Position numbers and translations under genes: made by a program
From: Callorhinchus milii
Lineage: Eukaryota
Assembly (NCBI RefSeq): GCF_018977255.1
Contig: NW_024704778.1
Span: 620,001-684,000 of the forward strand
Length of the DNA stretch: 64,000 nucleotides
Direction: 5' to 3'
Part shown: positions 13,906-32,295 of the stretch, in pieces
Layout of the letters: every line of letters starts with the position of its first letter
How positions within the stretch are numbered: the stretch's first letter is position 1
The notes under the pieces: model-generated
The model's input: only the letters and a program-made list of their open reading frames with translations
Databases searched by the model: none
What the model was told of the DNA's origin: nothing

Positions 13906-14600
13906 GGGCGAACGGATCGATAATCGCCGATCACCTCCATCGACCGGGACTGAGGAGGGGGTGTGGGGGGTGGGGGGGGTTTGGGGGGTAATCGATATTC
14001 ACCCTCTGCTCAACCACTGATCGATACCCCGCAGTTAAATCATCGATGAGGACTGAGGCTGCGGATCAATATTCATCCCCTTCTCTATGACTGATCGATA
14101 CACCCAGAGGCTGATCAATACCCCCCACTCCTCACCCCCAGCGACAAGGACTGAGCCGGGCTGATCGATAGATACTGATCAATATTTCCCCCGCTATCTC
14201 CTCCTGATCACGGATCAATACTCCCCCCCCACCCTCCCTCTCTCGCCCTGATCACACGCAGCAGCAAGGACTGAGGGTGGGGGAGGGAGAGGCTGATCCA
14301 TATCCATCCCCTTCTATGCCCCCAATCAATCATCAATACTTTCCTCTGATCATTGATCAATACTCCCCTCAACCACTGATCAATACCTTGCTAGAAATTG
14401 ATTAATACTGACCCGGATCACTGATCAATACTCCCTTCCCCAAGAGGCTGATCACAGATCAATACCGGCAAACACTAATCAGTACCCCACCCCTCATCGC
14501 TGATCAATCCCCCGATCATCGATGCGGATGTGGGAGAGAGCTCCGGAGACTGATCAATACTCTGATCACTACAGCCCTTAGTTACTGATCACTGTCCCTG
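13894..14600 (+). repeat. Degenerate tandem repeat in UFC1-like 3' region, rich in ATC(A/G)AT
   Basis: Recurrent GGACTGAG and (C)TGATCAATAC / GATCGATA motifs. Confidence 0.7.
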
Positions 14601-14639
14601 GCAACAGTCTTGGTGGCTGTGGTACCAGTCCTGGTCTCC

Positions 14640-14945
14640 CCGGCGACCCCCCTCCCTGGCGACCCCCCTCCCTGGTGACCCCCCTCCCTGGCGACCCCCC
14701 CCTCCCTGGCGACCCCCCTCCCCGGTGACCCCCCTCCCCGGCGACCCCCCCCCTCCCTGGCGACCCCCCTCCCTGGCGACCCCCCTCCCTGGCGACCCCC
14801 CCTCCCTGGTGACCCCCCCTCCCTGGCGACCCCCCTCCCTGGCGACCCCCCTCCCTGGCGACCCCCCTCCCTGGCGACCCCCCTCCCCTGGCGACCCCCC
14901 CTCCCCGGCGACCCCCCCCTCCCTGGCGACCCCCCTCCCTGGCAG
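14640..14945. repeat. ~16-19-bp minisatellite (CCCTGGCGACCCCCCT)n
   Basis: Direct tandem repeat. Confidence 0.9.
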
Positions 14946-15179
14946 CCCCCACCCCCGGCAGTAAACCATGTCTCTGTGGTATCGATCGCTGTGTCTGTGT
15001 CTCTGTGGAAAGACTCAATATTTCACCTTCAATAAACGATGAACTGCCAACAGTGAATGGCCTCCCTGTTCCTCCTGTTTGTGTCCCCCCCCCCCCCCCA
15101 CCCCACCCCCCCCCCCCACCCCCTCCCCCCCATGTCTCTGTGGCCTCCTTGTTCTTCCCGTATGTCAAGGAGTTTGCAT

Positions 15180-15450
15180 AGTCAGGATGTTATGAACTCG
15201 TGTTTGAGGGTCTCGGGGGCCTGTGATATGAGACAGCGGTGGAGACGGGCGATGCTGGGGAGGTGGGGGAAGGCAGAGCGGGTCATGGACCAGATGTGGG
15301 GTAGAAAGGATGGCTGAGGGTCAAACAAGACCCCAAGGTTCGGGACTGGCTTAGCGCGGTGGAGTGAGCGGCCATGGATGGTGATGCTGTCAGCGCCTGA
15401 GGTGAGGAGGCGCTGGCGGGAGCCTCGGTCTTGTTGACGTTGACTTTAGG
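15180..15450 (-). mobile_element. L2-type LINE ORF2 fragment
   Basis: Near-identical to part of the L2 fragment at 56930-57100 (GACCCCAAGGTTC.GGACTGGCTTAGC, GATGGTGATGCTGTCAGCGCCTGAGG). Confidence 0.7.
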
Positions 15451-15699
15451 TAAGTACCAGGAACAAGCTACGTGGTGGGCAACACAGGTCAGTGTGAGAG
15501 CACTGCCACCTCCTTGCCCTGTGTAGCTAAGTGGCATTTGGTTTCAACTGGGTAGACTCCAGCAGTTACCCCAACACTGGGCTCTTGCCAACCTGCGCCT
15601 AATACTCTCCGGAATTAGGTAGACAGGAGGCGCCCCTCCAAGGAGAGAGAGAGAGAGAGAGCGCATTCCATTCCAAACAGCCAAATATCCGATGGTTTA

Positions 15700-15990
15700 T
15701 CATAATAATCCTTGCATTTGATGCAGCGCCTTATGTTGTTGAGACGTCTCAAAAGAGCTTCAAGGACACACAGTAAAGTGTAGTGACTATTTTGTGGGCG
15801 AAACGCGGCAGCCAATTGCACACAGCGAAGTCCCCACAAACAGTCGTGGATTGAGTTACCAATTTTATCTTTTTTTGGAGGGATCATTAACCCTGGAAAG
15901 CGATCCGTCAATCGACTAACAATCCTACTTACTGCTGCTAAGTTAACTTGCCCGGGAATTGAACCCATGTCCTCGCTTGTTCTCGCTTTC
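15700..15990 (-). mobile_element. tRNA-derived SINE (antisense)
   Basis: ATAATCCTTGCATTTGAT tail and family body in reverse. Confidence 0.8.
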
Positions 15991-16879
15991 CACGTGTTTA
16001 ACTGACTTAACCGTATGTAAACGTGTCGAATGAGCACGTGTTAGGGCAGCTGTACAAGTGTCAATGGCTTGTTTACAAAGTTCTGTTTCAAACTTAACCA
16101 ATTATTGTGTAATCGTGCACTTGGGTTAAGTGGAATGTTCGAAAGGTTCATATATGGATCATCCAGAACTCTGCAGCTCGTGTCCTCTCCTGCTCCGTGA
16201 CCCCATGATTATACACATGAGAAAGAGGGGAGCGAGAATGTGGGGGGGGGGAGGTGGGGAGGGGAGCGAAGGTGAGGGGGTTTTATTGTTTCTAAGTAGA
16301 AAAAACCATAGCAACACATTAGCGTTACACAAGGAGCAGGAATGTTTTAATCTTTAACGTTATCCCTAACCAAACAAAACTGATCATTAAAGTCCTGTAA
16401 ATATGGATCACAGGTCAGAGGGAGCCTGGCTCGGTCACTGGTGCTTTTACCTCCAACTCGGAGACAGTTTGTGGGTTCAACCCACCCCCCACGTCAGCAG
16501 CTCCAGCTCACAGTCCGGGCTGACAACAGCGACTTGTACTTATAATAATAATAATCCTTGTATTCAATACGATGACTTCTCATGTCGGAACTACGTCTCA
16601 GGATACACTGTGACACAAAGGAGACTGTATTCCGTGGGTGAAACGCGGCAGCCGACTGCACACATCAGTGTCCGCAAACAGCCACATGTCCCATAAACAG
16701 AACTGGATGGAGCCCGGTCCTCTCGCTTGCGAGGCGGGAGCTCCAAATACTAAAGGACTTCAAATTGCATCATATCATGTTGACCCAGACAGTCTCTCTC
16801 AGAGGCTGATAACAGTCACGGACAGTTATAAGTCCTCGCGATAACGTTAGCTCATGATTGTCTCTTGAGAGGATTTGGA

Positions 16880-17210
16880 CAGACATCGATGGACCTGGAT
16901 TTCTCACCCAGTGCTGGTGAAACTTGAACCTTTGACTGTCAGTGAGAACCACCCTCTGCCCCACCAACCCCAACTCCCCGTCCTGTCCTCTGCTGCCTCC
17001 AGGAACATTCAAGACAATTCCATTAATGCTAAAGTTTAGCTGAGATTCCGAGAGAAAAGTAACTGTGTGACGGCGAGATTAGCCATTGCTTAAATCCAAC
17101 AATTCTCCGAAAAGCCAAATACACACACACAACGTCTCGGCCAATAAGTCTCTGTAACCTGCTCCGTCACTCAGTCAACACCGACTCTCAGCCTCTCTCT
17201 CTCTCTCTCT
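16880..17210 (+). promoter_or_regulatory. Duplicated ~330-bp putative promoter block A (upstream of OAT exon 1A)
   Basis: Nearly identical to 19332-19659; contains CCAAT box (GGCCAATAAG); promoter role inferred from position. Confidence 0.6.
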
Positions 17211-17299
17211 CTCTCATTCACCGACTCTCAGTCCACAACAGTCTCTCGGTCATCAACAGCCTCGGAGTTAGTAAGTCTCTCTCTCTCTCGGTAACTGTC

Positions 17300-18130
17300 T
17301 CTGTCAGTAACTATTTCTTTAAGTAACAATCTCTCTCTCAGTAACAATCTCAGTAACAGGGTCTCTCAATAAGAATATCTCTCAGTAACAATCTCAGTAA
17401 CAATCTCAGTAATAATCTCTCTCAGGAACAATGTATCTCAGTAACAATCTCATTAACAATGTCCCTCAGTAACAATGTCTCTCAGTAACAATCTCTCAGT
17501 AACAATCTCTCTCAGTAACAATGTCTCAGTAACAATGTCTCAGTAACAATCTCTCTCAGTAACAATCTCTCTCAGTAACAATCTCTCAGTAACAATCTCT
17601 CAGTAACAATGTCTCTCAGTAACAATCTCTCCCAGTAACAATGTCTCTCAGTGACAATGTCTCTCAGTGACAATGTCTCTCAGTAACAGTGTCTCTCAGT
17701 AACAATGTCTCTCAGTAACAATGTCTCTCAGTAACAGTGTCTCTCAGTAACAGTGTCTCTCAGTAACAATCTCTCAGTAACAATGTCTCTCAGTAACAAT
17801 CTCTCCCAGTAACAACGTCTCAGTAACAATGTCTCTCAGTAACAGTGTCTCTCAGTAACAGTGTCTCTCAGTAACAGTGTCTCTCAGTAACAATGTCTCT
17901 CAGTAACAATCTCTCTCAGTAAGTGTCCCTCAGTAACAATGTCTCTCAGTAACAATGTCTCTCAGTAACAGTGTCTCTCAGTAACAATCTCTCAGTAACA
18001 ATGTCTCTCAGTAACAATCTCTCAGTAACAATGTCTCTCAGTAACAATGTCTCCCAGTAACAGTGTCTCTCAGTAACAATGTCTCTCAGTAACTATCTCA
18101 CTCAGTAACAGTGTCTCTCAGTAACAATCT
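17300..18130. repeat. ~14-16-bp minisatellite (CAGTAACAATGTCTCT)n
   Basis: Direct tandem repeat of ~830 bp; second copy at ~29720-30580. Confidence 0.92.
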
Positions 18131-18177
18131 CACTGATGCTCTGTTCTGTTCTGCCGCTGACGCAGAGGTTTTCCACG

Positions 18178-18591
18178 ATGGGATTTACTGACCTGCTGGA
18201 GATGGTGGGGAGCACTGGAAGGTTCCAGATGGTTCACGTCACGTTGCTGGCGCTGCCGGTGTTAATGATGGCCAGTCACAACCTGCTCCAGAACTTCGTG
18301 GCTGCCGTTCCTGATCACCGCTGCCGTATCCGTGCGGACGCCCTCGGCAACGCTTCCCGGCAAAGTCCCGGGAACGTGACGGGCGAAGTGCCGGCCGAGG
18401 AGCTGCTCCTGCCGGTGTTCATCCCCCTGGACAGGGAGGGCCGCCCGGAGAGGTGCCGGCTGTTTGCTGAGCCTCAGTGGCAATTCCTGGATCCCAACCG
18501 CACCCACGAGGACGGCAGCTCCACCACACGGCCGTGTACGAATGGATGGCTGTACAGCCACGGGGACGTCACCAGCACCATCATCAGCGAG
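18178..18591 (+). CDS. Alternative first coding exon 1A of SLC22/OAT paralogue 2
   Basis: 414-bp intact exon MGFTDLLEMVGSTGRFQ...STIISE with phase-0 GT donor; no exon 2 before exon 1B. Confidence 0.8.
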
Positions 18592-18709
18592 GTCTGTGCG
18601 TGTCCGTGTATGTATCTGCGTGTGTCTGTCTGTGTCACCACCACCATCATCATCACCGAAGTCTGTGTGTGTGTGTGTCTATGTGGCAGCCACCATCGTC
18701 ACCAAGGTA

Positions 18710-19150
18710 GGCGTGTCTGAGTCAGAAAGTTGTGGATTCAAGCCCCCACACCTGGACGTGGAAACACACAGCCTAAGCTGATGCTCTAATGCTGGGGGAG
18801 GGGGGTGCATTGTCAGATCTACTGTCCTTCGGATGAGATGTTAGACCCACTCCCTTGGCCGACTGTTCAAGTGGACACTGAAGATCTTCTGCGGCGTTAT
18901 TCGAAAAGAGAATTGAGTTTCTCTCTCTTTCTCTCTCTCTCTCCCAGTGTCTGCCCAACAATCTCCCAAATAAAATTGCTCATTCACTCCACAACTGTGT
19001 GTGGGGACGCTGCTGTGCACAATCGGCTGCCGCGTTTCGTCCACAAAATACAGTCACTACACTTCACTGTATATTCTGCAAAGTGCTTTGAGACGTCTCG
19101 AAGATGTGATGAGGCGCCGGGTCAAATGCAAGGATTATTATTGCTACTAT
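18710..19150 (+). mobile_element. Deu-domain-type SINE
   Basis: GCATTGTCAGA...GTCCTTCGGATGAGATGTTA core resembling the Deu domain, followed by the shared L2-type tail; antisense relatives at ~20690-21010 and ~27480-27870. Confidence 0.65.
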
Positions 19151-19331
19151 TACTATTGTTGGCTTGTAGGTACTTGTGTGTGTGTGTGTGTGTGTGTGTG
19201 TGAGCCTGGCTCAGTTATTAGTAAAGAAACCTTTCACTTCTAAGTCAGGATGTTACAGATATGTTGACCTGCACACAATGATAAAGTGTCCGCTAGTTAA
19301 CAATATCTAGCGATGTTTAACCTGAAGGAAT

Positions 19332-19659
19332 CAGACATCGATGGACCTGGATTTCTCACCCAGTGCTGGTGAAACTTGAACCTTTGACTGTCAGTGAGAA
19401 CCACCCTCAGCCCCACCAACCCCAACTCCCCGTCCTGTCCTCTGCTGCCTCCAGGAACATTCAAGACAATTCCATTAATGCTAAAGTTTAGCTGAGATTC
19501 CGAGAGAAAAGTAACTGTGTGACGGCGAGATTAGCCATTGCTTAAATCCAACAATTCTCTGAAAAGCCAAATACACACACACAACGTCTCGGCCAATAAG
19601 TCTCTGTAACCTGCTCCGTCACTCAGTCAACACCGACTCTCAGCCTCTCTCTCTCTCTC
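19332..19659 (+). promoter_or_regulatory. Duplicated ~330-bp putative promoter block B (upstream of OAT exon 1B)
   Basis: Nearly identical to 16880-17210; ends ~190 bp before ATG 19849. Confidence 0.6.
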
Positions 19660-19848
19660 TGTCTCTCTCAGCGACTGAGTTAGTCTCTCTCACTCACATG
19701 CTCTCTCTCTCACACTCAGTCCTTCTCTATCAGTCTCACACACACAGACACACAGACAAGTACACACACACACACACACAGACGCAGACACACACATTCT
19801 CTCTCAGCGTCTCTCAGTCTGTAGCAGCTGAAGCTGAGTGACAGATCG

Positions 19849-27270
<7,422 letters not shown>

Positions 27271-28001
27271 CCCTATGTGACCTCTCTATTTCACACTCTG
27301 AGCTCTGTCCCCCCGTGACCTCTCTCTCTCTATCTCTCTCTCACTCAAAGCTGCCTGGTCACATTTCACAGCTCGACACACAAATACCAATCGCACTTTC
27401 TATCCCAAATTAATAAATCACTGAGTATCTAAACATTAATATCACTGTTTATTATTAATAAAAAATCTATGTATTTGACACAGAGCCGTAACGGGTTCTT
27501 GAGACAAACTCAAAGCACTTCACAGAATATATTGTAAAGTGTAGTGACTGTATTTGGAGGTAGGTACGACAGCACAATGTGTACACAGCAGTTTCCCACA
27601 AATACCTATGGAGTGAGCGACAAATTTTATTTGGGGGATTATTGACACGGGGACGAGAGAGAGACAGAGAGGGAGAGAAACTCCCTTCTCTATTCCAATA
27701 GTGCCGCAGGAGATTTTTAATGTCCACCTGAACATGCAGGTGGAAGCTCGTTTTAACGTCTCATCTGACGGACGGTGTCTCTGACAAAGCAACACCGTCC
27801 AGCACTGCATTGGATCGTCAGCTTCAACTGTGATTCCAAGTCTTGACATGGGGACTTGAAAATAGAATAACTCACACAAACACACAAAAGGAAATCATTG
27901 ATTTGTTGTCAGTTTCAATAGATATTTCCACACCCGAGGCCAGGCTGATCTTGCTGTTCCACACAATGAGCAGAAACGGGTCTTTCAGCCCAGATGTGAC
28001 G

Positions 28002-28148
28002 TCAGAATCCTTTCTCCATCAGCCACGATTTCAGCTCGGAATCAAAGTAACCTTTAATGCGAATGTTCATCGTCACTTCATTGACCTGAACCTGAGGTGG
28101 TTTCCCTGTCATTGTTGTGAGGAACTCAGTGATGTCTTTTTCTAGCTC
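28002..28148 (-). pseudogene. MRPL49: Orphan duplicate of MRPL49 last exon, cut off by the gap; probably assembly redundancy
   Basis: [10 protein letters not shown]...WLMEKGF* identical to 40459-40605; upstream exons absent before the N gap. Confidence 0.7.
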
Positions 28149-28441
28149 CTGATCAATAATAATATAATAACAGTAATAATAGTAACAATAATATAATAAC
28201 AGTAATAATAATAATATAACAGTAATAATAACAATAGAATAACAGTAATAACAATAATAATAACAATAATATAACAGTAATAATAACAATAATAATATAA
28301 CAATAATAATAACAATAATAATATAACAATAATAATAAACAATAGAAATGGTAATAATAACAGCAATGATAATAATCCTTGCATTTGATACAGCGCCTTA
28401 TCATGTTGTCAAGACGTCTCAAAGTGCTTCACAGAATATAT

Positions 28442-28471
28442 NNNNNNNNNNNNNNNNNNNNNNNNNNNNNN
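28442..28471. other. Assembly gap (30 N)
   Basis: Run of N at the duplication junction. Confidence 1.
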
Positions 28472-30623
28472 TTATATATTCCACTGCGTTCTGCTGAGTA
28501 TCGTTTCGTAGAGAATATGTCATGCCGCGCTCTAGAAGCGCATGTTCGAAAGTTCATATATGGATCATCCAGAACTCTGCAGCTCGTGTCCTCTCCTGCT
28601 CCGTGACCCCATGATTATACACATGAGAAAGAGGGGAGCGAGAATGTGGGGGGGGGGGAGGTGGGGGAGGGGAGCGAAGGTGAGGGGGTTTTATTGTTTC
28701 TAAGTAGAAAAAACCATAGCAACACATTAGCGTTACACAAGGAGCAGGAATGTTTTAATCTTTAACGTTATCCCTAACCAAACAAAACTGATCATTAAAG
28801 TCCTGTAAATATGGATCACAGGTCAGAAGGAGCCTGGCTCGGTCACTGGTGCTTTTACCTCCAACTCGGAGACAGTTTGTGGGTTCAACCCACCCCCCAC
28901 GTCAGCAGCTCTCCAGCTCACAGTCCGGGCTGACAACAGCGACTTGTACTTATAATAATAATAATCCTTGTATTCAATATGGTGACTTCTCATGTCGGAA
29001 CGACGTCTCAGAACGCTTCACAGGATACACTGTGACACAAAGGAGACTGTATTCCGTGGGTGAAACGCGGCAGCCGACTGCACACATCAGTGTCCGCAAA
29101 CAGCCACATGTCCCATAAACAGAACTGGATGGAGCCCGGTCCTCTCGCTTGCGAGGCGGGAGCTCCAAATACTAAAGGACTTCAAATTGCATCATATCAT
29201 GTTGACCCAGACAGTCTCTCTCAGAGGCTGATAACAGTCACAGACAGTTATAAGTCCTCGCGATAACGTTAGCTCATGATTGTCTCTTGAGAGGATTTGG
29301 ACAGACATCGATGGACCTGGATTTCTCACCCAGTGCTGGTGAAACTTGAACCTTTGACTGTCAGTGAGAACCACCCTCTGCCCCACCAACCCCAACTCCC
29401 CGTCCTGTCCTCTGCTGCCTCCAGGAACATTCAAGACAATTCCATTAATGCTAAAGTTTAGCTGAGATTCCGAGAGAAAAGTAACTGTGTGACGGCGAGA
29501 TTAGCCATTGCTTAAATCCAACAATTCTCCGAAAAGCCAAATACACACACACACGTCTCGGCCAATAAGTCTCTGTAACCTGCTCCGTCACTCAGTCAAC
29601 ACCGAACTCTCAGCTCTCTCTCTCCTCTCTTCTCTCATTCACCGACTCTCAGTCCACAACAGTCTCTCGGTCATCAACAGCCTCGGAGTTAGTAAAGTCT
29701 CTCTCTCTCTCGGTAACTGTCTCTGTCAGTAAACTATTTCTTTAAGTAACAATCTCTCTCTCAGTAACAATCTCAGTAACAGGGTCTCTCAATAAGAATA
29801 TCTCTCAGTACAATCTAACAATCTCCAGTAACAATCTCAGTAACATCTCAGTATAACTCTCTCAGGAACAATGTATCTCAGTAACATCTCATTAACAATG
29901 TCCCTCAGTAACAATGTCTCTCAGTAACAATCTCTCAGTAACAATCTCTCTCAGTAACAATGTCTCAGTAACAATCTCAGTAACAATCTCTCTCAGTAAC
30001 AATCTCTCAGTAACAATCTTAGTAACAATCTCTCAGTAACAATGTCTCTCAGTAACAATCTCTCCCAGTAACAATGTCTCTCAGTGACAATGTCTCTCAG
30101 TGACAATGTCTCTCAGTAACAGTGTCTCTCAGTAACAATGTCTCCTCCAGTACAATGTCCTCTCAGTAACAGTGTCCTCTCCAGTAACAGTCTCTCATAA
30201 CAATCTCTCAGTAACAATGTCTCTCCAGTAACAATCTCTCCAGTAACAATCGTCTCAGTAACAATGTCTCTCAGTAACAGTGTCTCTCAGTAACAAGTGT
30301 CTCTCAGTAAACAGTGGTCTCTCCTCAGTAACAATGTCTCTCAGTAACAATCTCTCTCAGTAAGTGTCCCTCAGTAACAATGTCTCTCAGTAACAATGTC
30401 TCTCAGTAACAATGTCTCTCAGTAACAATCTCTCCAGTAACAATGTCTCTCCAGTAACAATCTCTCAGTAACAATGTCTCTCAGTAACATGTCTCCCAGT
30501 AACAGTGTGTCTCTCAGTAACAATGTCTCTCAGTAACTATCTCACTCCAGTAACAGTGTCTCTCAGTAACAATCTCAACTGATGCTCTGTTCTGTTCTGC
30601 CGCTGACGCAGAGGTTTTCCACG

Positions 30624-31037
30624 ATGGGATTTACTGACCTGCTGGAGATGGTGGGGAGCACTGGAAGGTTCCAGATGGTTCACGTCACGTTGCTGGCGCT
30701 GCCGGTGTTAATGATGGCCAGTCACAACCTGCTCCAGAACTTCGTGGCTGCCGTTCCTGATCACCGCGCCGTATCCGTGCGGACGCCCCTCGGCAACGCT
30801 TCCCGGCAAAGTCCCGGGAACGTGACGGGCGAAGTGCCGGCCGAGGAGCTGCTCCTGCCGGTGTTCATCCCCCTGGACAGGGAGGGCCGCCCGGAGAGGT
30901 GCCGGCTGTTTGCTGAGCCTCAGTGGCAATTCCTGGATCCCAACCGCACCCACGAGGACGGCAGCTCCACCACACGGCCGTGTACGAATGGATGGCTGTA
31001 CAGCCACGGGGACGTCACCAGCACCATCATCAGCGAG
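30624..31037 (+). CDS. Alternative first exon 1A, duplicate copy (with compensating -1/+1 indels)
   Basis: Same as 18178-18591 except [11 protein letters not shown] reads HRAVSVRTPLG at ~30767-30790. Confidence 0.7.
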
Positions 31038-32295
31038 GTCTGTGCGTGTCCGTGTATGTATCTGCGTGTGTCTGTCTGTGTCACCACCACCATCATCATC
31101 ACCGAAGTCTGTGTGTGTGTGTGTCTATGTGGCAGCCACCATCGTCACCAAGGTAGGCGTGTCTGAGTCCAGAAAGTTGTGGATTCAAGCCCCCACACCT
31201 GGACGTGGAAACACACAGCCTAAGCTGATGCTCTAATGCTGGGGGAGGGGGGTGCATTGTCAGATCTACTGTCCTTCGGATGAGATGTTAGACCCACTCC
31301 CTTGGCCGACTGTTCAAGTGGACACTGAAGATCTTCTGCGGCGTTATTCGAAAAGAGAATTGAGTTTCTCTCTCTTTCTCTCTCTCTCTCCCAGTGTCTG
31401 CCCAACAATCTCCCAAATAAAATTGCTCATTCACTCCACAACTGTGTGTGGGGACGCTGCTGTGCACAATCGGCTGCCGCGTTTCGTCCACAAAATACAG
31501 TCACTACACTTCACTGTATATTCTGCAAAGTGCTTTGAGACGTCTCGAAGATGTGATGAGGCGCCGGGTCAAATGCAAGGATTATTATTGCTACTATTAC
31601 TATTGTTGGCTTGTAGGTACTTGTGTGTGTGTGTGTGTGTGTGTGTGTGAGCCTGGCTCAGTTATTAGTAAAGAAACCTTTCACTTCTAAGTCAGGATGT
31701 TACAGATATGTTGACCTGCACACAATGATAAGGTGTCCGCTAGTTAACAATATCTAGCGATGTTTAACCTGAAGGAATCCGACATCGATGGACCTGGATT
31801 TCTCACCCAGTGCTGGTGAAACTTGAACCTTTGACTGTCAGTGAGAACCACCCTCTGCCCCACCAACCCCAACTCCCCGTCCTGTCCTCTGCTGCCTCCA
31901 GGAACATTCAAGACAATTCCATTAATGCTAAAGTTTAGCTGAGATTCCGAGAGAAAAGTAACTGTGTGACGGCGAGATTAGCCATTGCTTAAATCCAACA
32001 ATTCTCTGAAAAGCCAAATACACACACACAACGTCTCGGCCAATAAGTCTCTGTAACCTGCTCCGTCACTCAGTCAACACCGACTCTCAGCCTCTCTCTC
32101 TCTCTCTGTCTCTCTCAGCGACTGAGTTAGTCTCTCTCACTCACATGCTCTCTCTCTCACACTCAGTCCTTCTCTATCAGTCTCACACACACAGACACAC
32201 AGACAAGTACACACACACACACACACAGACGCAGACACACACATTCTCTCTCAGCGTCTCTCAGTCTGTAGCAGCTGAAGCTGAGTGACAGATCG

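Noticed and set aside
14040-14100. GATGA...CTGA as possible C/D snoRNA boxes
   Set aside because: No full RTGATGA box or terminal stem; explained by the local degenerate repeat
17300-18130. Possible CRISPR or iteron array
   Set aside because: Contiguous short tandem units without spacers
28472-28541. Novel insertion at the duplication junction
   Set aside because: About 70 bp at a contig start next to noisy sequence; most likely low-quality read end
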